Positions 41,439 through 54,095 of a stretch of DNA of 64,000 nucleotides are shown piece after piece. A program made the translations under genes and the position numbers. The notes beneath the pieces are model-generated. The model was not told the DNA's origin, ran no database searches, and worked only from the letters and a program-made list of their open reading frames with translations. Source of the stretch: Octopus sinensis (taxonomy: Eukaryota); the NCBI RefSeq assembly GCF_006345805.1, contig NC_043006.1, positions 79,794,001 through 79,858,000 on the forward strand. Direction: 5' to 3'. Numbering within the stretch: position 1 is the first letter of the stretch; each line of letters starts with the position of its first letter.

Positions 41439-42354
41439 ACAGCATTTGTTAACATACATTTGGTTTATATTTATTATTTACTCGGCGCTCTTAGCTTGAA
41501 AAGGGGTCTGTTATGCGAATTGACTCTTGTTAAGTTTGGCGTTCGATGAGACGATTGTTTGGTCTCCTCAGAAATAAAAAAAGACTGAAGATTGTGTACA
41601 AGAAGCCAGTTACCTGACATAAGAAGTGCTATTGTTTGCTGAATCTGTGACAGCGTTCTAATTGGCAAGGAGATTTTTTTTTAAAGTTTTAGCTTTCAGA
41701 TTTTATGCTTTAAGTTCCATCCGTTTTCCATTACATTCCATTCTGAATTGAGATTCCACAACAGATTCAGTGAACGACCTCCCTCGGATAATTGACTTTT
41801 GGTAACATACCCCCATCACTCATAATATGAGAAAACAAAGCAAAGATTCAACAAAAAGCGGACATATTTAAGAAATTGAATGAATATGGATGAACACTGC
41901 TGAAATTGTCAATTAAGACACTGCCACAGACTGGATGAGTAAATTGTAAATAAACCGTTAAGATTAACTTCGTCTATGATCGCAGAAATAACACGCTAGA
42001 AACACGATTAAATTACATTTGTGATATCAAAGATCAGTGACAGCAATTAATTGGATTATTATTGATTGCATCTATTATTCAGCTGTTTACGTCATCTTCG
42101 ATGTCCTTTTTTTTAAAGCATTCACGACAATTGTTTGCACACCATGCAAAATGGATTTTTGATTGTTTTTAAGAAAGCTCATTCATTTTTCTGACAAATC
42201 CTTTTTGCCTATCGACATCTTTGCTATTGAAGCGTTTGATCTTTTAAAGCATGAACTCGAAAATACAAATCTTAATTCGATCGACGATAAACACACACAC
42301 ACACACACACACACTTATTTTGAATATGACGAGTTTGAGAAATTTGTTTCTGCT

Positions 42355-42729
42355 GCTGTTGCTGTTGAGCGAACGTTCTTCGTCCCAGAGCTCGCAAGAT
42401 GAGAGAAGTCAGAAACGTGGTCCTTTTCTATTCGTAAGACCCGCAGAAGAGAAAGCAGGTCAACTCCCGACACCGAGAGCATCGACGGATGGATGAATGC
42501 GCATCCAGGCTCAGCGATTGCGTAGGAGGTCGGAGACAAGAAACAGGAAGAAAGAGTGAAAGTTGGAGCGAAAGAGTACAACAGGGGTCGCCACCACCCC
42601 TGCCGGAGCCTTGTGGAGATTTAGGTGTTTTCGCTCAATAAACACACACAACGCCCGGTCTGGGAATCGAAACCGCGATCCTCCGACCGTGAGTCCGCTG
42701 CCCTAACCATTGAGCCATTGCGCTTCCAC
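42355..42729 (-). mobile_element. SINE head A with tail 2
   Basis: TSD TGTTTCTGCT. Confidence 0.85.
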
Positions 42730-44024
42730 TGTTTCTGCTTCTCTGAATCACAGTGATCAACCCGCCTGTAATATTAATGTAAAGAATTCAGGGTCGATAA
42801 AATAAGTACCAGTTTCGTACGGGGGTCGATCTAATCAACTTAAGCCCTCCCCGAACTTGCTGGGCTTGTGCCAAAAGTTAAAGCTTTTATTACCGTGACT
42901 GGGAGGCAGCGAGCTGACAGTACCGTTAACACTCCGGAGAGAATGCTTAGCGACATTTCTTCCAGCATTACGTCCCGAGATCAAATTCCGTCGAGGTTGG
43001 CTTTGCCTTTCATCCTTTCACATTCGACGAAATACGTACCAGCTGAGCACTAATATCAATGTAATCGACTTACCTTCTTCCCCAAGATTTCAGGCCTTAC
43101 ATCTAGAGTGGAAAGGATTATTGCAGGATTGGTGTACGTCTGTCATCATGGTTGATGGAAGTCAGGTGAAGAAGAGGGAGGAGGGAGGAGTGTAAGCAAG
43201 TGAATGTAATATTTGGCCAATTAATAGTGCTTCTGATTTAGGTGCGAGTCCAGTAGTTTTGAGTGGAGGTAATTGGTGGATTACATCGACCCCAGTACTT
43301 GATTGGGATTTTATTTTCTCGGCCTCGGACGAATGAAGTGAAAAGCTGGCCTTGTGTACATTTGAACTTAGGACATAAAGAGTCGGAAGAAATACTGCAA
43401 AACGTTTATAGCACTAATTTAACGATTTTTCCAGCTTATAACATTAAAATGATTTATTGGAAATTTGAGTAAAATATTTTTTATACATACTTGCCTCACA
43501 TATAAATGGTGCCATTTCTTATTAATATTTTACGAAAAGTTAATTTTGTTTCGAATGTTAGTATTAGTCATGAATTTCAGGTACCAAACAACAGTTTTCT
43601 AATGTTATTTGCTCAACTTTAACAACTCATTTGCCTTGTTCCTGAAATTACACCGGTTTGTTCATCGCAATTGAAAAAACAACAAGAACAAAAACAAGAA
43701 GATATGTCTATCTGATGAAGCCTCATTATATTTAAACAGTATTTATTCTCGAAAAAGTTGTAATTTATGAAATGTGCCATTTGTTTGTATAAAATAAAAC
43801 AATTGAATTGAATTTATCATTTAATGATTAAATTATTTAGTTGTTCACTTTATTATTTTGCTTTGCATTTCTAATTTATATTTATACATTGACAAGCTGT
43901 ATGTTTATCTTATTCATTTACCTATTTGTTAAGAGCGATAGTTCATAACATTGTTATTTATATAGGTAAAAAAACCCGGTAAATTCTTTGGATATTTAAT
44001 ATCCATTAGGTGGTTATTTAACAC

Positions 44025-44119
<95 letters not shown>

Positions 44120-44122
<3 letters not shown>

Positions 44123-44420
44123 TCGGAAGAAAATACAATAGAGAAACGCGTCATGAACCACTTACACACTTTTAGGAATAGATAGAAATCTAATTCTACT
44201 GGTTTAAGTGAATTTATTTGGCAATTAAAAGATAACAATATTGAAGTTGGTCTTAAATGGAATATAAAAGTTTCCGCATCAGCTTACAAGGTCAATAATA
44301 AAAAATATCTTATTTGTATAAGGGAGGCATTCCATATTCTTTTGTCTAGGAATACCCTACTTAACCTAGGAAACGAGAAAAGTACACCCTTTGTTCACAT
44401 GGGACAATATGTATTTTCCA
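44120..44420 (+). mobile_element. Penelope-like (Naiad-type) GIY-YIG C-terminal remnant
   Basis: KRVMNHLHTF...NSTGLSEFIWQLKD...LKWNIK..ASAY...LICIRE, matching the R..NH...F...T.LS..IW.LK...W pattern. Confidence 0.6.
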
Positions 44421-45382
44421 AATTCAAATAATATATAGATTTGTTGTCTTTCTCACTATAATATTTGTACACCCCCGCTAACCCCTAGCTCCACTAATAT
44501 TATTGTAACTTACCTTAAATGTGATACAATTATCTCTGCACTGTTTTACAAAGTCAACACTAAAAATAGTTTATATTTATATAACTAAAGTACTATTTAT
44601 TCTTTCATCCAGGAATACCCTATTATATTCTTTTAAATGAGAAAAGCGTTCCATATATTCACTTGGAAATATAAATATCTTTCAAATTTAAGCATTCATT
44701 TATTTAATTCATTATTTAATTATATAATCATTTTATCATCTCCCTCTCTAGAATCAATTTTTTTTATCTCTCCAATTAGATTGCTTGTACATACCCCTAT
44801 AATCACTTACTCCAATATTAATAACAACCCCCTAACTTTTACCTAACTAATAAACTACCAACATTAATATACTCCAAGGGCACTGATATTGTGTCTAAAG
44901 CCAGCTAGAGACGACAATCTCTTGGGGCTATAAAGCTACAGTAACACCCACTCCCCAATGTGGTTAGCCATGATAAGATGGCTTCTATACTTTACATTAT
45001 CGAGCGATTACTGTTTCAATCTCATTCTGAGATTTAATTATGGTTAATATCTAATTCTATTACAATCTTATTACACACAAGTCTTAACATAATATTATAA
45101 TAATTAATTCTACTGTTTAGCATATTGTACACACAATAAATATTTTTCTACCAATATCTTACCATATACATTTGCTAACTTTTATATCAGTTATCCACTA
45201 TTACAGCATTGAATAGCTACACTTGATAATATTTGTATCTTTCATTTTCCACATAACCATTTCATTAACTATACTGATAAATCTTTAACTGCAAATTAAC
45301 ACATGATATGCATTCACATTATATTTATATATAATCTGTATATATTCAATTTTCCATCATATGTATATATATATATATATAT

Positions 45383-45630
45383 ATATAATATAAATTAGAG
45401 AAAAAAAAAACACTATTATGCAATTCAAACAATGATAGACATAAACCAATTCATAAATAAAATATATTTTTATAAAACATAACTAGACCACAAAAAGTAT
45501 AGTTTTTGTGATCTAGTTATATGTTTTATAAAAATATACTTTATTTTTTATTTATGATTTGGTTTGTTTATGCCTATCATTGTTTGAATTGCATAATAGT
45601 GGTTATTTTCTCTCATTTATATATTATATA
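45383..45630. repeat. AT-rich imperfect palindrome, ~120-bp arms
   Basis: CACTATTATGCAATTCAAACAATGATAG.../...CTATCATTGTTTGAATTGCATAATAGTG. Confidence 0.8.
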
Positions 45631-45725
45631 TTTATATTGCGAAATTTGATTTAATACTAAATTGAATGTTCCCTGTAAGTTTGGAGTTATACTCCCTATT
45701 ATTATTATTATTTTTATTATTATTA

Positions 45726-45799
<74 letters not shown>

Positions 45800-46922
45800 T
45801 TCTTGTATACTATTTAATTTAATTATTTTTAATATTATCATATTACTCCCCCACTAAAAATATTCCTAGTATCTTTGCACTAATCACACATAACAACTAA
45901 ACTATTATATACCAATATTAGCCATAAAATAATACTCAGTCTGCCGAGTATTATTCTAAAATACAACAGAATCTAACTGCAACAGATTCTAAAATACAAC
46001 AATTAAAAACTTAATGGCATATTTTTTTCTACCCCACTGAAGAGATTTTGCCTAATATAATGATTTTAATAATTATTATTTAATCTATTAAGCTTAATTG
46101 AAACAGGTGTAAGGGACTATGTTTGATTTTTGCAGATAAATTTTTATTAAATATTTTATCCATTTTCTAACTTTCTTATATATATATATATATATATACA
46201 AGAAAATGAGGTGACTGTAAAATACTTAAAAATGGTTAATTACCTATGTGTTCCAATGTAGGAATTGGTAAGGAGATTACGCTTTCAAGAAGACAGAGCC
46301 CTATATCATACGAGAATCGGTAAAGAATTGATAGAATCAAATCATTGAAATGTGGTTCAAGTTCTGATCTCAATCCAATAAAACATATATAGAAACCTTT
46401 CGATAGAAGGTTGTGAGCAAGACCATCAAATATTACATCAATGACAGAACTGAAAGAAATAGTGTTGACTGAAGGGTGGGTAAGTGTAGATAAGTCTGTC
46501 ATTAACAACTTAATCAAATGGATGCTTGAAAGCAGGAGTGTTCTCTACCAAGCTTATAAGTTATTGAAACAAAATTTTATTAATTCTGGTTAATTTTTCA
46601 TGAGGTTTTCTTTCACAAGTTAAATAATGTTGCATTTTATTCCCGTGGCTATAAAGTTATTGTAGGCAGCTGTATAATACAACATGGCAAGTAATTCATA
46701 ACGGTAATTCATGAAATATAACAAATTGTATAACGCATATCACTGATATTTAATAAAACAGAATAATTCGTTATTAAATATAACAAGATGTGTAATATTA
46801 ACAATAGTGAAATGTAAGAAAACCTGTAAGGAAATGTTATACAATACAAATAATTACGTAATTCAGGGCATCTCATACTGATGGAACATACTTTATTTGT
46901 AATATTTATAATTTATTTATAT

Positions 46923-48139
46923 TACCAGATTGAGTCAAAAGTTTTTTTCTGATTTTCTCTGTTGATTTTTGCCAACTTATATCGTCATGTTACATCATTA
47001 ATTTGATACAACTTTGTTATCCAATCGTTGCTGAATAGTTTATTCTTGTTTTTAATATATAGCATATAAACAGTAATTGTTTATTCTTTATTTTACACCT
47101 TTGATAATGAGTGGTGAAAAAATTGCAATTTGAGCCATTTTACGCTATCTGTGGAGAAAAGGACTGAGTGCAAGGGTAGATTCAACAGAAATTAATGAAC
47201 TGTCAAAGAACGTGTGGGAATAAAATTTCAAGGAAGGTGACACTAGCCTCAAAGACAAACACAAGTCAGGGAGTCTTCTGATATGGAAAATGTTACCTTG
47301 CTTGAAATGGTTTCCCAACAGACAAGCACAAGCTCGAACATCGTTGGTAGAACCTGATCCTTCGTAAGGCACAATCAACTGACAACTCCATAAGCTCGAG
47401 AAGTTGTGGAGAAGTTCCCCATGAACTTACCAATGAGCAAGTTCAACGACGTGAGAACATTTGCAAACAACTGTTGGAGAATCCTTTAAATGTCCGTTTT
47501 TGGCGTCGAAATGTATCTGGGGACGAAAAATGGTTCTATTTTCACAATCTTAATAACAGAAATACGTGGCAGCCTTCAAGCCAGGCTTCAGAACCTGTTG
47601 TCAAATAAAGGTGGTTTGAATAGAAGGTCATGTTATGTGTCTGGTGGACTTTGAAGGGGTTGTTGCATTTTGAGCTTGTCTCAGATAGTCATGCTGTGAA
47701 CATTAATTTTTATGCTCAACAACTGCAGCGAGTATAAGAAGCTTTGAATGCCTTCTACTGGCATTAGTCAATCGAAGACGCTCACCCCTACAGCATGACA
47801 ATATCTCGGCACACACTGCCAATGGGTTTAAGCACAAACTTGAGAAACTTGTGCTGCCTCATCTTGCACCATCTGATTACCACCTTCTCCGAACTATGAC
47901 CCATTTCCTGCACAGTCGGATGTTTTACAATGTAGGTAAGGTTGAAAACGTATGCGGGGAGTTTTTTTGCCTCCAAACCAGCCAAATGGTATAAGCATGG
48001 AATTGAGCTTCTAGCACAACGATAACGATAGAATATGATGGGATATATTTTGATGAATAAACGCTTTCTGTATGCAATTTGTTTGAAGCATTAATCAAAG
48101 ATTTAAATTAAAAAAAAAAAACTTTGATTCAGCCTGCTA
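46923..48139 (+). mobile_element. Degenerate full-length mariner
   Basis: GDEKW, KVMLCVWW, LQHDN, APSDYHL, GIELL..R...DGIYFDE* in broken frames; imperfect TIRs. Confidence 0.8.
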
Positions 48140-50447
48140 GATTTGCGTGTTCCAGTCCCAGTTATTTGTGTATAAAGTGTTCCCATTATTATGAAACACC
48201 TTAAGGTGATCTGGCAGAATCGTTAGTACGCCGGACAAAATGTTTAGAAGCATTTTTTCGAGTTCAAATTCCGTTGAGGTCGACTTTGTCTTTCATGCTT
48301 ACGGAGTCTATAAATAAGTACCAGTTAACTGCTGGGTTCGATGTAATCAACTAGCTCTACTTAACTCCAAATTTCAGGTCCCGTGTCTATGGTAGAAAAG
48401 TTTATTGAGACACCCTGCATAAAACTACAAATGAGCATGACATGAAAGGTAAGCAACCTCGTCATGTAATGTAATAAAACTTGCAGTTAATGGGACCGAA
48501 CATATAAAACAACTCTAATAATAAAAGCAGACATATTTAACAATACATGTAATATTGACTTCAAATTTTGGGACAAGGCAAACAAGTTCGGGAGAGGGGG
48601 TATGTCGATTATATCGACCTCAGTGCTCAACTGTCACTTATTTTATCAGCCCCAAAAAGACGAAAGGCAAAGTCGACCTCGGCGGAATATGAACTCAGAA
48701 CGTATAAACGGACGAAATGCCGCTAAGCATTTTGCTCGGAGTGCTAATGATTCTTCCAACTCGTCGCCTTAGGATACACATTAATAATCCCTTCTACTAT
48801 AGGCACAGGGCCTGATATTTGTAGGAGAAATTTGAGAGGAGGGATTAGTCGATTATATCGACCCCAGTACTCAGCTGGTACTTATTTTATCAACCCCGAA
48901 AGGATGAAAAGACAAAGTCGACCTCTGCGGAATCTGAACTCAGAATGCATAGTCGGACGAAATGCCGCTAAGCATTTTACCCGGAGTGCTAACGCTTCTT
49001 CCAGCTCGTCGTCTAAGGATACGCATTAATAATGATAATGTAGCGTAACTAATTGCATGAAGTATAATTCCATAAAATATAATATTTATATAATACAGTC
49101 TGCCATGAAATTTAAGCATTCAATGTAGGCGCTGAAGAATTAGAAATAGTAGTGTGATATAACACGTCAAGTAAGGTGCAAAGTTCTTTGATGTTGGAAG
49201 GAAAGAAAAGTAAGTAGTCATGCGAAAGTGACCCGCATGATATTGAGACATAATACATATAATTATTTAGAATAGTAGTAGTAATTAACGAATGGAATAT
49301 GATTGCTCATGATATCGAAGCAGTCATGAATTGTACAAATTCCCATCACGTAATTTATCATGCATCTAAACGTAACATATGCACAATGGGAACGTTTGAA
49401 ATAGGTTTAGTTTAGTTATAGTTTGAAAAATCATGGTTCAATACAAGACAGAAGATATTCTAAGTTAGTTCGTTCCCAAATGAAACCAATTTCTTAAATA
49501 GAGGATGTAAAACCCTATTGTTTTTTTTACTTCCCTCCTGTCAAATTTATTTTAAGCAGAATGTTTACAGAAAAGTTGGATATTCATCACGCATCGGCTA
49601 TTTTACTTTTCTCATTCTCATTTTCCAAACAAGAAAAATTTTGTCAATACACATGTTCAAAATTTGTCTTGCAAACATTGTAGTTTGACAACAACGAGGC
49701 AGTTGACTCCAGCAGTTCAGCTGTCTTTTATTTCATTTCAGTTCAAATTTACCTTGAGGACTCATACAAGAATATTGGACATTCCATTATGTACGTCAAG
49801 TTCACTGTACTCGTTCTGTCATGTTTCCTAGATAACAAAAATTCTTGGCGATGCAGACGACATTTAGTCTCACTGGATTCTGCTATAAGTATTACATGTG
49901 ATGTGAAAAGAATGGTTTCATGACAACAAGCCAATGCTTGAGAATGTACGTGTCAGCCACATAGATGAATTTTTCTGAACGAGATCTATGATAAAAGTGG
50001 TCGAAGATGTATTTATCCAGAACATGAAAAGTATTTGAAAAATTATAGATATTCAGCATTATCTAATTGTAGAAATGTTATTAATCCCCAAGAGAAGATC
50101 AAAGTACTGAAGTCGATTTAAAAATCGTTGACAATAGATACATTCTAAAAAAGCTTGATGGAGAGGGTGACAATCTGAGATTGGTGAAATTGTGTAGTGA
50201 GAGGAAACTCTGCTTCAGTTTCTAATGCGAAAGCTCGTTGAGGGATATCAGAAATGTCATCACAATCTGCATTTTATTATAATTCTTAACGTTTATATCA
50301 TTATCATAAACGTAAAGAATTCTGAAATACAATGCAGTAAGTGGTGTCTGAGACTTTTACGGAGTAGTTTATAGAATCTATTATTACAATAGGTTGTGTA
50401 CTGTGATAGAATGTCTGATGTTTAGAGTATTCCTGGAGAAATTCCAA

Positions 50448-52406
50448 TTAATTTAGTGACGTTTCATGTTGAATATTGGTCGAGATTGTTTCAGTAATCG
50501 TCGAGAGATCAGCGTTTGAGGAATCGATATATTTTCGTATTTTAAGAAACATATGTTGAAAACTGCGGCAGACGATCTTTGTTAAGAGAAATGACAAAGA
50601 AATGAGTAAACCGACGAAAGAGTTTAAGATGCAAAATAGTAGAGAAAATTCGTCAATCTTCGTAAACGCATAAAGGAATCCGAATATCCACGTTAAACCC
50701 ATGATGAAGCTTAATTTTATGTAAATGAAGAACACCTTCTTGTTTCGTTTTGATAAATATTTTGAAGAAAGTTTGCAGGCCAAATATAATTCTCTAATAG
50801 TGATGCTATACGCGATAATATTGAGGCATAATATAATGATAACGGGGATTGCCATGAACCAGAGCAAACTGTTTACATTTGTAATCCAGCAATTACCAAT
50901 TCCATATTCTGGAGAAAGTCCATGATTTCCAGGTGTGTACTCGAATATTAGTGACACTGTTACTATTAGAAGTGGACAGATCCAAGCATATAAGCAATAT
51001 AATACAAGTTTCTTGGTATCATTTTCTGATCTCCGGAATTGTGTAAGCCTTGAGAAAGTGTGCCAGGCATCAAAAGACATGACATTCATCCAGAAGAAAG
51101 TCGCTAAAAATGCATAATGCATGACAACAGCTAAAGATTTACACAGCACTGTAGATGTAGTAATTTGTGATGAGATAAGAAACAGAAGCTCAGCTACAAA
51201 CAGTGCTGATGAAAGACTAATGAGCAATTTACCTGGTAAGGTACGGAGATCAGGTATACAGAGATAGACTATAATAGTGATTGCTAGAGCTGGGACAGAG
51301 ATTGCTAGTCCTACTAATGTGGTATAGCTCTCAATTTCGGAATATTTTGATATTCCATTGTTATCATTCTTTACACAGATACTTAAACCATCTTCATCAA
51401 TACTGAATTCTGATTGATTGAGCCAAAGTTGGGTAATATTTAAATAGAGAAAACCATCACTAGTGATATGATGTTCAGAGTCCTTCAATCTGGTCGCTGT
51501 ACAATTTAAGATGGGGTGATAAAAATTCTTGCGACAACGCATTGTGTTTTTATCGTAATTGGTATATTTTGGACAGAATGGCAATTTCGTTTCAATTACA
51601 GTACCGTCTTTCACTTCTTTAATGATTAAATATTTGGCATTATAATTAAAAATGATAGTTAAGGAAGGTAAGCTTGTAAAACCAAAATCATTGTTGTTAG
51701 TATTATTGCAACATATAATGCCTTGATCAGTATAGATATTATCTAATGTACATTGGGCCTTTCCTCTAAGGTTCTTACTTGCTAAATTTTGACAGTGATG
51801 TTCCAATGTTTCATTTAATATAAGAGGCGAGCATTTACGAACACTTGGAATGCAAGGAACCAGATACGGCTTTAAATTATCAGGAGGAGCGTTCTGCTTG
51901 GGACATTTACCATTTTCAATAATATTCATTATATTGGCAGGGTTTTTATTTACTGTATTATCGCAGTCATAAACTATCTCCCATAATATATATTTTTCCG
52001 AGTGGCACAGAGCACAATATCGGTTCCTGTAGAGTCTTTTACTTGTTTCACCGAACACAGGCATATTGTCCGGGCTATTGTTGTTTGTAGGATATTCACA
52101 TCCGCTCACATGACTTATATCACTGTGATTTGATGGACAGTGATCAAAGATATAATATGTTTTGTCCTGAACAAGGCTGCAACTATAATATATTGATGGA
52201 TCGAAATATTCGGACTCAACAGTTTTCCGTTGATCTTCATTACAGCAGCATCTATTATATATATGACAGTGTTGTGAAATAGAGCAAAATTCACAATCCG
52301 TCGTACGTAAACAATTTAGGACAGAATTTGATGTTGGAATGATATTATTCATAAATATAGTGATAAGAAATAAAGTAGAAAAGTAATATTTTAAGATGAT
52401 TTCCAT
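50448..52406 (-). CDS. Methuselah-like 7TM GPCR, 652 aa from the first ATG (G2)
   Basis: Intact ORF, MEIILK start at 52406 followed by a hydrophobic signal segment. Same ectodomain and 7TM motifs as G1. AATAAA at 50273-50278. Confidence 0.9.
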   Translation of the reverse strand: MEIILKYYFSTLFLITIFMNNIIPTSNSVLNCLRTTDCEFCSISQHCHIYNRCCCNEDQRKTVESEYFDPSIYYSCSLVQDKTYYIFDHCPSNHSDISHVSGCEYPTNNNSPDNMPVFGETSKRLYRNRYCALCHSEKYILWEIVYDCDNTVNKNPANIMNIIENGKCPKQNAPPDNLKPYLVPCIPSVRKCSPLILNETLEHHCQNLASKNLRGKAQCTLDNIYTDQGIICCNNTNNNDFGFTSLPSLTIIFNYNAKYLIIKEVKDGTVIETKLPFCPKYTNYDKNTMRCRKNFYHPILNCTATRLKDSEHHITSDGFLYLNITQLWLNQSEFSIDEDGLSICVKNDNNGISKYSEIESYTTLVGLAISVPALAITIIVYLCIPDLRTLPGKLLISLSSALFVAELLFLISSQITTSTVLCKSLAVVMHYAFLATFFWMNVMSFDAWHTFSRLTQFRRSENDTKKLVLYCLYAWICPLLIVTVSLIFEYTPGNHGLSPEYGIGNCWITNVNSLLWFMAIPVIIILCLNIIAYSITIRELYLACKLSSKYLSKRNKKVFFIYIKLSFIMGLTWIFGFLYAFTKIDEFSLLFCILNSFVGLLISLSFLLTKIVCRSFQHMFLKIRKYIDSSNADLSTITETISTNIQHETSLN

Positions 52407-52619
52407 TCGGAACTGAAAATGTTGAATCAGCAAGCTTGAAGAAATCCAGGATTTATACTGATATCAATTTGTTGATGAATTTTACTACAATGGAGTAATT
52501 TGAATAGATCAAAATTGAAAATGCTTCCAATGTATTTATGTCTTTGAATATAAGCAAACAAGAATGAGCTATAGCTTAAAGGTAAGTTGTTTTGGGTTAT
52601 AGAGTTTTCGTAGTTATAC

Positions 52620-52645
52620 CTGGAAAAGAAGAAATAAAGATATTT
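52620..52645 (-). promoter_or_regulatory. Conserved 3' splice acceptor upstream of the G2 CDS (counterparts at 58474 for G3 and 61044 for G4)
   Basis: tctttatttcttcttttccag| in G2 and G3, catttcttctattgcag| in G4; each about 215 nt before the ATG. Confidence 0.6.
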
Positions 52646-53663
52646 ACTAATAGTATTCAATAATGAAACGATGCAAGGAAATGCTTATGACAATTTGATA
52701 CTATTATTTCCTTACATTTTGAACTCTTATTATTTTGTAATACTTTTATTTGTTTCAGCCATCAGAGTGCAACTCTACTGGGACACGGCCCTGAAGGGTT
52801 TAATGGAACAAATCGATCACAGTAATGTTTCTATATTTGGTACTTTTCCTATCGGCATCTTACTGATGAAACTCTAAGTCGCGAGGACTAAAAGAAACTA
52901 ATAGCAAATGTGAAACTGTGTTGGAACAAAAGAAACACGGGCACCTGCAGCCACCCAAACACCCATACTGAGACATAGTGTCCTTGAGAAAATTTTCTTA
53001 TAATAGGAGAAGAAATGTTACTATTGACGTAATATAATCAGATTTGTAATGTGACGCATCTTGCAATTTCACCAGTACACAAAATATAACAAGCCATTTA
53101 TCGTATCTAGTGGTGTATTGAAAGAAGGCAGTTAAATTGAATAATACAACATATATCATTTAAGTAGTTATAACCGGTTATATAATATATGATGTGATGT
53201 GAGCAGTCATGTGATATACGCACTGTTTCTGTATATATTTCAAATAAAGCAACCTTGAGTGTCATATTTGGAAAACAGCACAAAACACAGAGGTCGCAGA
53301 AAAAATTTCCATGAGAACCAAATTCGTTTTCTACAGTTTTTGTGTAATAAATGAAAATGTATTGTTCACCGCCTCTACACGAAATGTTTCAGAGAGAAGA
53401 AATGATTAATGCGAACGTCTGAAATTTGTTTTGTAAATATGTAGTTTGAAAACATCGTAGTTAAATATAATACAAGATCACTTGAAACTATTAATGTCTC
53501 GAACAAAGACACAGAATCCCTCTCAGACACAGAGGAACATCTCCGTTGCCTTCTTTTATTTCCTTTTAAAAATCGTTGACAAAAGATATATGTAGAAAAG
53601 GCCCGCTGGAGTAGATGAGAAACTGAGATTGACGGAACTGTGTTTCAATTCCTAATATGAAAG

Positions 53664-53804
53664 CCAGGCATTAAGTGACATGACATTCACTCAGAAGAAA
53701 GTAGCTAAGAACGAATAATGCATCATAATAGCTAAAGATTTACACAGCACTGTAAATGTAGTGACTTGCGATGAAATAAGAAAGAGAAGCTCAGCTAAAA
53801 ACAG
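53664..53804 (-). pseudogene. Relic of an additional GPCR paralogue (TM2-TM3 only)
   Basis: Translates LFLAELLFLISSQVTTFTVLCKSLAIMMHYSFLATFF*VNVMSLNAW (conserved W changed to TGA). It is fused to a G4-type 3' flank at 53568-53663. Confidence 0.85.
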
Positions 53805-54095
53805 GCGCACTTACTGGACGAAAACCAACCAACAGCAATTATGAAACTGTGTTGGAACAGATACAAACAGAGACACCTGCAGCTATCCACACACACTCAT
53901 AGCACTCATAGTGGGATATATGTCATGCTTTAGAAAGTTTTATTATAACAGGACATTAAATGTTACTATTCACGTATAATCAGATTGGTAATGTGATGCA
54001 TCTTTCAATGTCACCAGTAAGCAAAATATAACAAGCCATTTATTGTAACTAGTGGTGCCTTGAAAGAAGGCACGAAAATGGAATAATATAACATA

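Noticed and set aside
52427-52660. 77-aa ORF identical to 58281-58514
   Set aside because: Non-ATG start and it spans a splice acceptor; identity reflects recent duplication or conversion of the flank.
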